In this document: one piece after another, positions 49,945 to 59,231 of the stretch
How positions within the stretch are numbered: position 1 is the stretch's first letter
How the letters are laid out: each line of letters opens with the position of its first letter
Source: Fidelibacterota bacterium
Lineage (GTDB): Bacteria > Fidelibacterota > UBA2242
DNA length: 64,000 nt
Assembly: GCA_049975265.1 (NCBI GenBank)
Contig: JBNGDF010000003.1
Span: 66,995 to 130,994, forward strand
Direction: 5' to 3'
Translations under genes and position numbers: made by a program
The notes under the pieces: generated by a model
Seen by the model: the letters and a program-made list of their open reading frames with translations, nothing else
What the model was told of the DNA's origin: nothing
Database searches by the model: none

Positions 49945-52278
49945 TTGATTTTTATGCTACTGGGAGCGTGCCGGAAAAAGACTGTACGGACCAACAGGTT
50001 CATATTTTGTTTCAAAAGCTTATTATTTGCATTAGTATTGGCGTTATTACATTTTCAAACTCCCGCTGCCGATAAGGTCGTTACCGTAGTCATGAAAGGT
50101 GATGAGACTCTGCGTTCCCTGGCGGTGAAATATTTTGGGGAGCCGAACGATTGGGAGGTGATTCTTTTTTACAACGGATATAAATCTGCCGGTGAGGTGA
50201 ACATTGGCGCTTCTTTGAAAATCCCGATCGGTTTGTATAAGAAGCTGGTTGCGAAATTGGCTGAAGTCCAGCAAGTCATCACGCAGGCGAACTCGGAAGG
50301 TGCCGGTATTCTGGCAAGGGAATTAATTGAAGCTGCCACACTTGCCCAGAAGGAGGCGATCGAGCTGAAAAAAAAGGGCAAACTCGATTCGGCATTTGAA
50401 AAGGTGCTGACGGCGGCAAGTTCCGCCAACGAAGCCATCCGGCAGACGAAAGCGAAGCGGATTCAGGCGATCAGCGCCATTCTTTCGGAAAAGAAAGGGA
50501 AAGTCCAATCGCGCAAAAAAGATCAGACCATTTGGTACGATGCGAATAAAGACCAGGAATTGATCGAGAAAGAACATATCCGAACCATGAGTGGTGCAGC
50601 GGGTGAAATATCTTTTATTGACGGCAGCAAACTAAATTTAAGTGAAAATTCTCTGGCGGTGATTGAAGCCATGAAACAGGACTTGGTAAAAAATACGAAT
50701 ACCTCGAGTGTCGTTGTCCTGCAGGGCGATATCATGGCTTATCTGTCGTCCCAAAGCAAGAAAAACCAGGTAAACGTATCCGCACCGGGTGTGGAGACCG
50801 ATATCCGGTCGCGCAGCTTTAGAGCATCCCGGGATGCAAACAACGTGACCAAATTCGCCAACTATGATGGTGAAATCGACGTTAAAGCCGCCGGCGCCCA
50901 GGTTACCATCCACAAGAATGAAGGAACCTCGATTGCGCCCGGTCAGAAACCGAAAGAGGTTCGAAAACTGCTCGATCCGCCCAAAATTATTACACCGACA
51001 TCAAGGCAGAAATTTTTTACCGACCAGGTCCCGCTGAAATGGGAGGCGGTACCGGAAGCGCTGGCATATCAACTGCAAATTGCCACCGCCCGTTCATTTT
51101 CTGATAGAATTGTTGATCAGAATGTTCGTGGTAATCCGGAATTTCAATGGCGTTCCGGTGGAACCGGGGTGTTTTATGCCCGCCTAGCCTCCATTGACCG
51201 GGAGAACTTCACCGGTGCTTTCTCAAACGTTGTCGAATTTTATGTGGATCGGGATGTCACACCACCGTTTTTACTGGTTGATAAACCCGATAACAATGTT
51301 AGTGTTTTTCAACCGGTCATTACGGTGTCCGGGGATGCGGAGTACGGCGCCGCTCTTTTCATCGGCAAGGATTCGGTTGTGATTGCCGAAAATGGACAAT
51401 TCAGCCATCAGTACAGCTTGATGCCGGGGGAAAACAGGCTTCTTATCCAGGCGGTTGATCAGGCTGGCAATAAATCCCGGACCGAGCGGATTGTTCATTA
51501 TAATGCCGATGATAATTTAATTCACCTGAATAGCGAAAAGACGATTGTCACCAATCGCGCCGAATATGCCATTATGGGTTCGACAAAACCGGGCTCGGTC
51601 ATCCAGATCGACGGTCAGGCGGTGAATCTGGCTGGTAACGACTTCAATCACATCGTATATTTAAAAGAGGGTGTGAACAACGTTACTATTCAGGCGACTT
51701 CCGCCAAAGGAGATACCCAGTCACTGACCCTGACGCTGACTCTGGATCAATCGGAGCCCGAAATCGATCTCGGCGATATTCCTTCGTTCACTCGGGAAGC
51801 GAATATTGAAATCGTGGGGACCGTGAGTGAGGAGAGCCGGGTTTTGGTAAATAAAAAGGAGTTTCCGGTGACCAATTTCCGGTTTAGCGCGGGACTGTCA
51901 CTGGCGGAGGGTGAAAACCTTGTGGAGCTCGTTGCGGAGGATGTGGCGGGAAATCAGACAATGATCGAAATCGAGATATTTCGGGATACCGAAAAGCCGG
52001 AAATTATCCGGACAGATCTGACTCCGGAGAGCGTCAAAGGTGGCGAGCTGATTCAAATATCTGTCGCTGCCTGCGACGAAGGTGTTGGTCTGGCGCGCAA
52101 CGGAAAGTACAATCTGGAAATCAGTGGCGGAGGGCAGAGTTTTTCAGGCATGTTGAGTCTTAGTTCCGGAAATAATTATACCGGTACTCTCATGATTCCG
52201 CCGGGTGTCCAGGGAAAATTGATCATCAATGAACTGGTTATTCAGGATTATCTGGGCAATCAGGCGGATTATCCATAA
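49945..52278 (+). CDS. Exported LysM + helical linker + FecR-like + FN3/Ig-repeat protein
   Basis: LysM: MKGDETLRSLAVKYFG...WEVILFYN...IGASLKIP. FecR-like: KKGKVQ...IRT..G...ISFIDGSKL.L.ENS. Then LKWEAVPEALAYQLQIA and repeated L..G.N......A.D.AGN Ig modules. Start uncertain. Confidence 0.8.
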   Translation: MIFMLLGACRKKTVRTNRFIFCFKSLLFALVLALLHFQTPAADKVVTVVMKGDETLRSLAVKYFGEPNDWEVILFYNGYKSAGEVNIGASLKIPIGLYKKLVAKLAEVQQVITQANSEGAGILARELIEAATLAQKEAIELKKKGKLDSAFEKVLTAASSANEAIRQTKAKRIQAISAILSEKKGKVQSRKKDQTIWYDANKDQELIEKEHIRTMSGAAGEISFIDGSKLNLSENSLAVIEAMKQDLVKNTNTSSVVVLQGDIMAYLSSQSKKNQVNVSAPGVETDIRSRSFRASRDANNVTKFANYDGEIDVKAAGAQVTIHKNEGTSIAPGQKPKEVRKLLDPPKIITPTSRQKFFTDQVPLKWEAVPEALAYQLQIATARSFSDRIVDQNVRGNPEFQWRSGGTGVFYARLASIDRENFTGAFSNVVEFYVDRDVTPPFLLVDKPDNNVSVFQPVITVSGDAEYGAALFIGKDSVVIAENGQFSHQYSLMPGENRLLIQAVDQAGNKSRTERIVHYNADDNLIHLNSEKTIVTNRAEYAIMGSTKPGSVIQIDGQAVNLAGNDFNHIVYLKEGVNNVTIQATSAKGDTQSLTLTLTLDQSEPEIDLGDIPSFTREANIEIVGTVSEESRVLVNKKEFPVTNFRFSAGLSLAEGENLVELVAEDVAGNQTMIEIEIFRDTEKPEIIRTDLTPESVKGGELIQISVAACDEGVGLARNGKYNLEISGGGQSFSGMLSLSSGNNYTGTLMIPPGVQGKLIINELVIQDYLGNQADYP

Positions 52279-52301
52279 TATACTACTGAGGGGGTATCTT
52301 T

Positions 52302-54164
52302 TTGAATTTTCATAAACTTTTTCGATCGTCACTTCTGAAAAAATTTCTACTGGCGTTTTTTATCGTTACCCTGGTACCGCTGATCATTGCCGAATATTTC
52401 ACCATGAAAATGGCAGAAGATGAGCTGAAATCGGTTCTCAACGAGGAGTATTATTTGATCGTTGACCAGCTTCGGCGGGTTGTGGACGAGGTGTATATCG
52501 GCAACTGGTTATCCAATCTGAAATCCACCGCCGAATTTATCCGGAAAGATCCCTATATGTCAATGGAGCTGATCAACTCGCTTCTCAACTCAAAACTGCA
52601 CCAGATTGATGATATGATCATTCTGATTTTAAAGTTGGAGGATTCCGGCGAGCAGCTTTCGACAATGAAGAATGAGGATGTAGTAGCGCTGTATCAGCAG
52701 GACCCTGACAAAGTCGCTGAATTGATCCAGTTTTCCGGGCTGTCGGGCGACGCCGGTTTTATCATTCACGCGCCGATCTTACTCCCTGTTAGTGGCAATT
52801 CCTATCTGCCTATTGAGGTGCCGATCGTATGGGCAGACGGACAGCGTGCGGTACTGCGCGGGGTGTTTAATTTGAACTCCATCCTGGAATTCATCTCCAC
52901 CGAAATAACCATCGGGGCAAGGGAACTCTATATCGTGAATGAAAACGGGTCGGTGGTCTTTAGTAATAATACGAAATTTGCGTCGGGTGACACGCTGCTT
53001 TATCCAATTATGGCGATGGTGAAAAATGGATTGAGCGGCGAAGCCCGGATTTCCAGGATCGAGCCTTTTGCCTATCAGGATGTTGGCTATCTCAGTAATT
53101 TTGCTGTTTCTCAGTATGTCAAATGGGGGATCATCGTTGCCGATGAATCCAGCCGTGCCTATGCTATGGTGGAGCAGGCGAAGCGGGACATAGTTAAGTG
53201 GGTAGCCCTTGCCATCGCCCTGTGCGTTGTATTTTCTGTCATTTTTGCCCGCTACTTTTCCAATGCCATCCGCTATCTGACGCGAGTCGCCAAAAAAATC
53301 GGGGGTGGACAATTTGATGTAGAGGTCAATGTAAAATCAAAGGACGAACTCGGTCAACTGGGTGAATCGCTGCAGGAGATGGCGGTTAGTTTGGGTGAAG
53401 CGGTCAAGGTGAAAGAGGAGCTGTTTGCGATTCAGGCGGAGGTAAAGATTGCCAGTCGGATTCAGCAATCTATTTTACCGGTAGGCGGACCGAATCTGCA
53501 AGGGCTTGGTTTCGCCGCGCGCTATATTCCCATGGAGGGCGTCGCCGGTGATTTTTACGATTTCCATGTCATTGATGATAAAAGCGTAGGCGTGCTGGTA
53601 GCGGACGTTTCGGGACACGGTATTCCGGCGGCAATGATCAGCACCATGGTCAAGGTGACCTTCTCCCAGCAGGGGAGTATCGGTACTGATGCCTCGATGG
53701 TGCTGAATGAAATGAATCGCTTATTGACCGGTAAGATGGAGGATCAGTTTCTGACCGCTATGTATCTGTATATCGATTTGGCGGCGAAAAAACTGGTCAC
53801 CGCCGATGCTGGTCACTGTCCGCTGTACATCTGGCGGCGTAAAGAGCGGGAGATGCTGCGCGTCAAACCGAAAGGGATGATCATCGGCTTTCTACCCGAT
53901 ATTAATTGCCCGACCGAGGAGACGCCGCTGAAAGCGGGCGACCGGCTGGTCATGTACACGGACGGGATTGTGGAAGCCGCCAATCCGCAAGGGGAGCTTT
54001 TCGGCGATGAACGATTGATTGAGCTGATTAAAACTCATCAGCAGGCAGAGCCGGAAGTGTTTATTGATCTGGTAATGGACAGATTAAAAGGCTGGGTCGG
54101 TGCGGATAAGAGGACCTTTGAAGATGATCTGACGATGGTGGTGATGGACATTAACAGGAAATAA
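52302..54164 (+). CDS. Membrane PP2C/SpoIIE phosphatase (TM-Cache-TM-HAMP-PP2C)
   Basis: Two TM segments flanking a ~270-aa extracytoplasmic domain, HAMP KSKDELGQLG, ASRIQQSILP, AGDFYD, ADVSGHG, AGH, YTDG, DDLT. Confidence 0.92.
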   Translation: MNFHKLFRSSLLKKFLLAFFIVTLVPLIIAEYFTMKMAEDELKSVLNEEYYLIVDQLRRVVDEVYIGNWLSNLKSTAEFIRKDPYMSMELINSLLNSKLHQIDDMIILILKLEDSGEQLSTMKNEDVVALYQQDPDKVAELIQFSGLSGDAGFIIHAPILLPVSGNSYLPIEVPIVWADGQRAVLRGVFNLNSILEFISTEITIGARELYIVNENGSVVFSNNTKFASGDTLLYPIMAMVKNGLSGEARISRIEPFAYQDVGYLSNFAVSQYVKWGIIVADESSRAYAMVEQAKRDIVKWVALAIALCVVFSVIFARYFSNAIRYLTRVAKKIGGGQFDVEVNVKSKDELGQLGESLQEMAVSLGEAVKVKEELFAIQAEVKIASRIQQSILPVGGPNLQGLGFAARYIPMEGVAGDFYDFHVIDDKSVGVLVADVSGHGIPAAMISTMVKVTFSQQGSIGTDASMVLNEMNRLLTGKMEDQFLTAMYLYIDLAAKKLVTADAGHCPLYIWRRKEREMLRVKPKGMIIGFLPDINCPTEETPLKAGDRLVMYTDGIVEAANPQGELFGDERLIELIKTHQQAEPEVFIDLVMDRLKGWVGADKRTFEDDLTMVVMDINRK

Positions 54165-54194
54165 ATCCAAATTTTTTCAAATTTTGAATACAAA

Positions 54195-57100
54195 ATGACG
54201 GGTAACTTTATGAAAATGATAAAAATTCTGCTGCTGTGTTTCATTCCGCTGTTGATGAATGCCCAGATCATAGATCAGAATTTTATAATCACCGCCGGGA
54301 TTGAAGCTGGTCTTGATAAGGGAGACAGTCTCTGTCGAACGGTAATCAATGTGGAAGTTCCGGCTACGTATCCCGGAATGGTGCATTTCCGGGTCTTTGA
54401 TGCCGATCTGGGCGATACTTATGATAATCCGGGACGTGATTCCCGGACCCGTTATCTGGTATTCGGTGAACGGGGCATTTTCGAATCCATATTTTCCATC
54501 AGAGATTCCATAGACGTAAATACAGCGCTGGTAAATCTGATTCTGGGTCAGGATACCTATTATGATAACCGCTGGCGAACGATTGGAAGTTTTCAGACTA
54601 GCCGGGGGCACGTCAGGGAAGATAGGGCTCGCTTTCAGATAGTGGTCGACGGTATTAGTGGTTCCGGTCGCAATCGCTATCAGATATTTGTATCGGCGGA
54701 TGACAAGCGCAACGAATTCATTGAAGGTGCTATTATAAGCTCACCGGCAATGTCTCTGCGGATGGCGACAAACCCCACCATGAGCACGCAGATCACTTTT
54801 CCCATCCCGTCCGGCTGCGACACAATTTTCGTAAATAATTTTGATGGCGATTTGGAGCGAAGTCCGAATAAAATCGTTTTCGAATCCAATTTCCGCAACA
54901 GCATCCCGATCAAAGGTTCGGGCGACGGCGAACTCGTCACAACGGTTATCCCGGTGCAGAACGAGGAGCAGGGTCGTACCGCCGCAATCGTAATTGAGGG
55001 AAATATTGCCACCAATAATATTCAGCTGTGGATTACAGATAAAGCCGGTAAAATTCTCGAATTCAATTATCCACCCCGGCTGGCACGCCGTAATACTCTG
55101 CCGGAACCAAAATTTAAGGTCATTCCGCTGGCAGATTGCAATACATTGATTCTTGATGCGACGGAATCCTCCGATGCCGACGGAGATGAGCTATCCTTTC
55201 AGTGGTATTTTGAAGACGGTACATCAGAGGAGGGTGTCCGAATCGCCCATGACTTCAAGAAGCCCGGCAAGCATGCGGTAAAACTGCTGGTGATTGATAA
55301 TTCCATCTACGTTGCCAATACCTCCCGATTGACACAGATGGTTGTCATTAATGAGCCGCCGAGAGCAGCAATCGAGGCTCCGGAAAAGGCGGCACCCTAT
55401 CAGACGGTGTACTTTGATGCCCATAAGTCCTATGACACCGACGGCAATATACTTGCTTACCAGTGGAATATGGGTGACGGCAGCGCAAAGTCCGGTGTCC
55501 GGGTCAGTCACCGCTATACGCGTCCGGGAAATTATTCCGTTACACTCACGGTGGAAGACGATGGGACGACCCTCTGTACGAAAGGAAAAACATCTACCAG
55601 TATCTGGATCAATCGCTCGCCGCAGGCTCGTTTTAATCTGGTGAAAAATCTGATCGCAGTCGACGAATCGGTTTCCATGGATGCTAACGGATCCATTGAC
55701 AGCGACGGCGAAATTGTCGGATATTATTGGGATTTTGGCGACGGCAATAAAGCCGAAGGTATCAGCACGAGTCACCGCTACAGCCAGCCGGGAAAATATA
55801 CAGTTCAGTTAACGGTGCGTGATGATTCCGATCTGGCGAATGCCGAGTCCTATTTGCGCGAGGAGATCACCGTCAATGCGCCACCAGTGGCACAAGCCGA
55901 GATTCCAGCCGTGGTAGCCGTCAATGAACTGGTGGTTATGGACGCCACAGAATCCGTAGACCCTGATGGTCAGCTGTCAGAATATCGCTGGAGTCTGGGC
56001 GACGGTTCAGTGAAAGCCGGTTCCAAAATCAGTCATCAATATACAGAATCCGGAACATATCCGATTACATTAACGGTTATTGACAATACCACTACATTGA
56101 ACAATTCGGACGAGGCACACTATTCAATCCGGGTGAACGATCCACCGGTTCCCGACGCCGGCGGTGATCGTCTGGTGAACGAAAGCGTTGTGGAATTTGA
56201 TGCCGGCGGGTCCCGGGACAGTGATGATGATATTATCGAATACCGTTGGGATTTTGGCGACGGGCAGACCGGTAACGGAATAAAGGTGTCACATGTTTAT
56301 GCCTCTCCCGGAACCTATGAAGTCACTCTGACGATTAAAGATGCATCGGGGACAAAAACCGCCATTCAATCCCAAAACGTCACGGTTACCGTTAATAGTC
56401 CGCCGGTGGCTGATGCCGGGCGTGAACAGATTGTGGCTGTTGGCGAAAAAGTCCGATTTAGAGGTGGATTTTCCAGCGATGCCGACGGAAAAATCGTGAC
56501 CTACCGGTGGACAGTCGATGAAGGAGTCGTTCTGGAAGGCAAAAATGTTACCCATGTTTATGAGAAACCGGGAATATACCAGGCACAACTGCTGGTCATT
56601 GATAATGATGGAGCGGAGGATATTCACACCGTTACGGTCTGGGTGAATACGCCTCCAGTGGCGAAAATTCCACCCTTGCCCCGCCTTGCACCGGGTCAGG
56701 TAATTACATTTGACGGCGGCATGTCCTATGATATTGACGGACAACTGGAGCTCTATAAGTGGGATTTTGGAGACGGAAGTCTGGTGAAAGAAGGTCGAGC
56801 AGTCAAATACAGTTTCAAAGAGCCTGGTCGTTTTACCGTCACCCTGACGGTGAAGGATAATTCCAATGCGGCAAACGGGATCAGTAAGGCGAGCCGGACG
56901 GTGGCGGTCAATTATCCCCCGAAACCCGATTGTGGTGACGACATTGTGACCTGTGATCAGACCATTCTCTTTGATGCAAGTAACAGCTCCGACGCCGATA
57001 AAGACCAGCTGACCTATTTCTGGGATTTCGGTGACGGTAATGTTGGTTCGGGTATGAAATATAAGTACATTTATCAGCAGCCGGGAGTCTATCCGGTTAC

Positions 57101-59027
57101 GCTGCGGGTGAATGACGGTCAGGGTCTGGCAAATTCAATCCAGCAGCAGATTATCCGGGTTCAGATCAATTCGGCACCTGTAGCAGTGGCGGAAGTCAAC
57201 CGGGATACGGTCTGTGCGGGTAAACCGGTCATGTTCGATGCCAGTAAATCGAAAGATAATGAAAAGGATCTGATGCGCTACCAGTGGGATTTTGGTGATG
57301 CCACAACGACTGAAGGCATTAATCCGATTCATTCCTTTAAACGGGGTGGAAATTACCGCGTGCGCCTGACGGTATCGGACGACAGCAACCTGCCGTGCAA
57401 TACGTCGGTGGCGGATTTACTGATTCATGTTATTGATGCGCCGGTTGCCGATGCCGGTAAAGACCAGACCGTTTGTGCCAATACGGTGGTTCAATTCGAC
57501 GGTTCCAAATCCCGTGGCGGGGATCGCCTGATCAAGAGCTATGAGTGGGATTTTGGCGACGGCGAACAGGGGGGTGGTATTAATCCTACCCATGTCTACA
57601 CAAAAGCCGGTCTCTACAGTGTGCGGCTGGTGATTACCGTTCCCGAAATCGGTGATTGTGAAAATACATCGGAGAGCGAGATCACCGTCAAAGTTGTAGC
57701 CGCACCCACCGCCCGCTTCACCATGATTGAGCGGGGTTGTATCGGTGAAGAGATTCTGTTTGATGCCACCGGTTCATCTGCGGCAAACTCCGATATCGTA
57801 CGTTATACCTGGGAATTCGGAGACGGCAGTAGCGGCACCGGTGAAAAGACAACTCATAAATACACATCGCACGGACAATACACGGTGAAATTGACAATCG
57901 AAACCGATTCGGATCAGGGATGTAACCGGGCAGAAGCCAGCCATGTCATTACGATTAATGCTCCACCGACGGCAGCCATAACGGTTTTTACTTCCAATGA
58001 TCAGCCAGCCGGGCAAAAAGTTTACCGTTGTTACCGCAATACCGTTCTTACTTTTTCCGGAGAGAAGAGTGATGACAGGGACGGTCATATTAAGGAATAT
58101 CTTTGGGATTTCGGCGATGGACAAAAAGCCGATGGACTGACCGTCCAGCACCAGTATCCGACAGTCGGTTCCTATCAGATACGTCTCTACGTAGTAGATA
58201 ACAGCAACACCTACTGCGATTTTGCGCTGGATAGTATTATGGTTGATGTGCTGGATTATTCGGAAATTGCCATCACTGGACCGGAAGCTGCTTTCGTCGG
58301 GATATCTCTGGAATATAAATTGACTACCACGAAAAAGATTACGCCGAGTGCAGAAAACACGGTCTGGTTTTTCAGCGACGGTACGACAGTTCAGGGATTG
58401 ACCGCCAGCAAAGTCTTTGCGACTGCCGGAAATTACCAGGTGCAGGCGAAGTGCGGTGAGCTCTGGAGTCAGGCGCAGAAGATCGTTATCGATGATCTTC
58501 CGGAAGTGAAAATGCCGGACGACCGGATCGTTGATCTGGGGCAAACCGTTCAGATCATCCCCGCTGTGTCCAATCCATTCAAAGTACCGGTTGAGTTTGA
58601 ATGGGATTTTGGCGACGGCGAAAAGGGGAATGGATTAAAAGGTGAGCATCAATATACCGCGGCTGGTGACTACACGACTACGCTTATGGTCTGGTATAAA
58701 GAGATTGATTTCGGGCAGCCGCAAAAATATACGTCGACCATCACCGTGTTACCTGCGCCGGTAGTGGAGATTGAGGTAAAGCCTGAAAAATTGTATGTTG
58801 GTGGAGCCCGGGATGCGGTCTTCTTTGAAAGTAAAACACAACCCTACAGCCGAAAACTCGCCTACCAGTGGGATTTTGGCGACGGGATAACGGCGGTAGG
58901 TAAAACGGCTAAACATGCCTACATGCTGCCGGGTGATTATACCGTAAAGCTGACGGTATATGACGCCTCACGATTGGATGCAAAGCGGTATGAATTCACC
59001 AGACGTATCTCCGTACTAAAGCGCTGA
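54195..59027 (+). CDS. Large exported protein with 15 PKD domains
   Basis: Signal peptide, then a ~300-aa unique N-terminal region. I counted 15 W-x-F/L/M-G-D-G-type motifs, most preceded by D-A-x-x-S-x-D-x-D-G and followed by H-x-Y-x-x-P-G-x-Y. Confidence 0.9.
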   Translation: MTGNFMKMIKILLLCFIPLLMNAQIIDQNFIITAGIEAGLDKGDSLCRTVINVEVPATYPGMVHFRVFDADLGDTYDNPGRDSRTRYLVFGERGIFESIFSIRDSIDVNTALVNLILGQDTYYDNRWRTIGSFQTSRGHVREDRARFQIVVDGISGSGRNRYQIFVSADDKRNEFIEGAIISSPAMSLRMATNPTMSTQITFPIPSGCDTIFVNNFDGDLERSPNKIVFESNFRNSIPIKGSGDGELVTTVIPVQNEEQGRTAAIVIEGNIATNNIQLWITDKAGKILEFNYPPRLARRNTLPEPKFKVIPLADCNTLILDATESSDADGDELSFQWYFEDGTSEEGVRIAHDFKKPGKHAVKLLVIDNSIYVANTSRLTQMVVINEPPRAAIEAPEKAAPYQTVYFDAHKSYDTDGNILAYQWNMGDGSAKSGVRVSHRYTRPGNYSVTLTVEDDGTTLCTKGKTSTSIWINRSPQARFNLVKNLIAVDESVSMDANGSIDSDGEIVGYYWDFGDGNKAEGISTSHRYSQPGKYTVQLTVRDDSDLANAESYLREEITVNAPPVAQAEIPAVVAVNELVVMDATESVDPDGQLSEYRWSLGDGSVKAGSKISHQYTESGTYPITLTVIDNTTTLNNSDEAHYSIRVNDPPVPDAGGDRLVNESVVEFDAGGSRDSDDDIIEYRWDFGDGQTGNGIKVSHVYASPGTYEVTLTIKDASGTKTAIQSQNVTVTVNSPPVADAGREQIVAVGEKVRFRGGFSSDADGKIVTYRWTVDEGVVLEGKNVTHVYEKPGIYQAQLLVIDNDGAEDIHTVTVWVNTPPVAKIPPLPRLAPGQVITFDGGMSYDIDGQLELYKWDFGDGSLVKEGRAVKYSFKEPGRFTVTLTVKDNSNAANGISKASRTVAVNYPPKPDCGDDIVTCDQTILFDASNSSDADKDQLTYFWDFGDGNVGSGMKYKYIYQQPGVYPVTLRVNDGQGLANSIQQQIIRVQINSAPVAVAEVNRDTVCAGKPVMFDASKSKDNEKDLMRYQWDFGDATTTEGINPIHSFKRGGNYRVRLTVSDDSNLPCNTSVADLLIHVIDAPVADAGKDQTVCANTVVQFDGSKSRGGDRLIKSYEWDFGDGEQGGGINPTHVYTKAGLYSVRLVITVPEIGDCENTSESEITVKVVAAPTARFTMIERGCIGEEILFDATGSSAANSDIVRYTWEFGDGSSGTGEKTTHKYTSHGQYTVKLTIETDSDQGCNRAEASHVITINAPPTAAITVFTSNDQPAGQKVYRCYRNTVLTFSGEKSDDRDGHIKEYLWDFGDGQKADGLTVQHQYPTVGSYQIRLYVVDNSNTYCDFALDSIMVDVLDYSEIAITGPEAAFVGISLEYKLTTTKKITPSAENTVWFFSDGTTVQGLTASKVFATAGNYQVQAKCGELWSQAQKIVIDDLPEVKMPDDRIVDLGQTVQIIPAVSNPFKVPVEFEWDFGDGEKGNGLKGEHQYTAAGDYTTTLMVWYKEIDFGQPQKYTSTITVLPAPVVEIEVKPEKLYVGGARDAVFFESKTQPYSRKLAYQWDFGDGITAVGKTAKHAYMLPGDYTVKLTVYDASRLDAKRYEFTRRISVLKR

Positions 59028-59152
59028 TGACATGGGTTCAATTCTGTAATTTTAAAAAATATACGGCTTTTCTATTTTGTTTATTTGCCGTAATATTAAT
59101 AGCTTACTTGCAGATCATTTAGTTTTATTCTGATCTGGAATAATGATTGTTC

Positions 59153-59196
59153 TTGACAGAAACGTTTTAGTTTTATTAAATTGCAAACGTTTGCGA
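59153..59196 (+). promoter_or_regulatory. Promoter and LacI-family operators of the gal operon
   Basis: TTGACA (59153-59158), 18 bp, TAAATT (59177-59182). Palindrome GCAAACGTTTGC (59183-59194) and a second AAACGTTT core (59160-59167). Confidence 0.8.
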
Positions 59197-59231
59197 TAGA
59201 TTTTGGCAAACTTATAGCAGAGGGACCAAAA

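Noticed and set aside
49870-49948. G-rich leader and 10-codon uORF (MYQQTIFRKN) upstream of the LysM-FecR gene as a possible riboswitch or attenuator
   Set aside because: No recognisable aptamer consensus or terminator hairpin, and too short to support.
55700-58890. Recurring TGGGATTTTGGCGACGG sequence as a possible CRISPR or DNA repeat
   Set aside because: It encodes the WDFGDG motif of PKD domains at domain-scale spacing (multiples of roughly 250 bp) inside one ORF.
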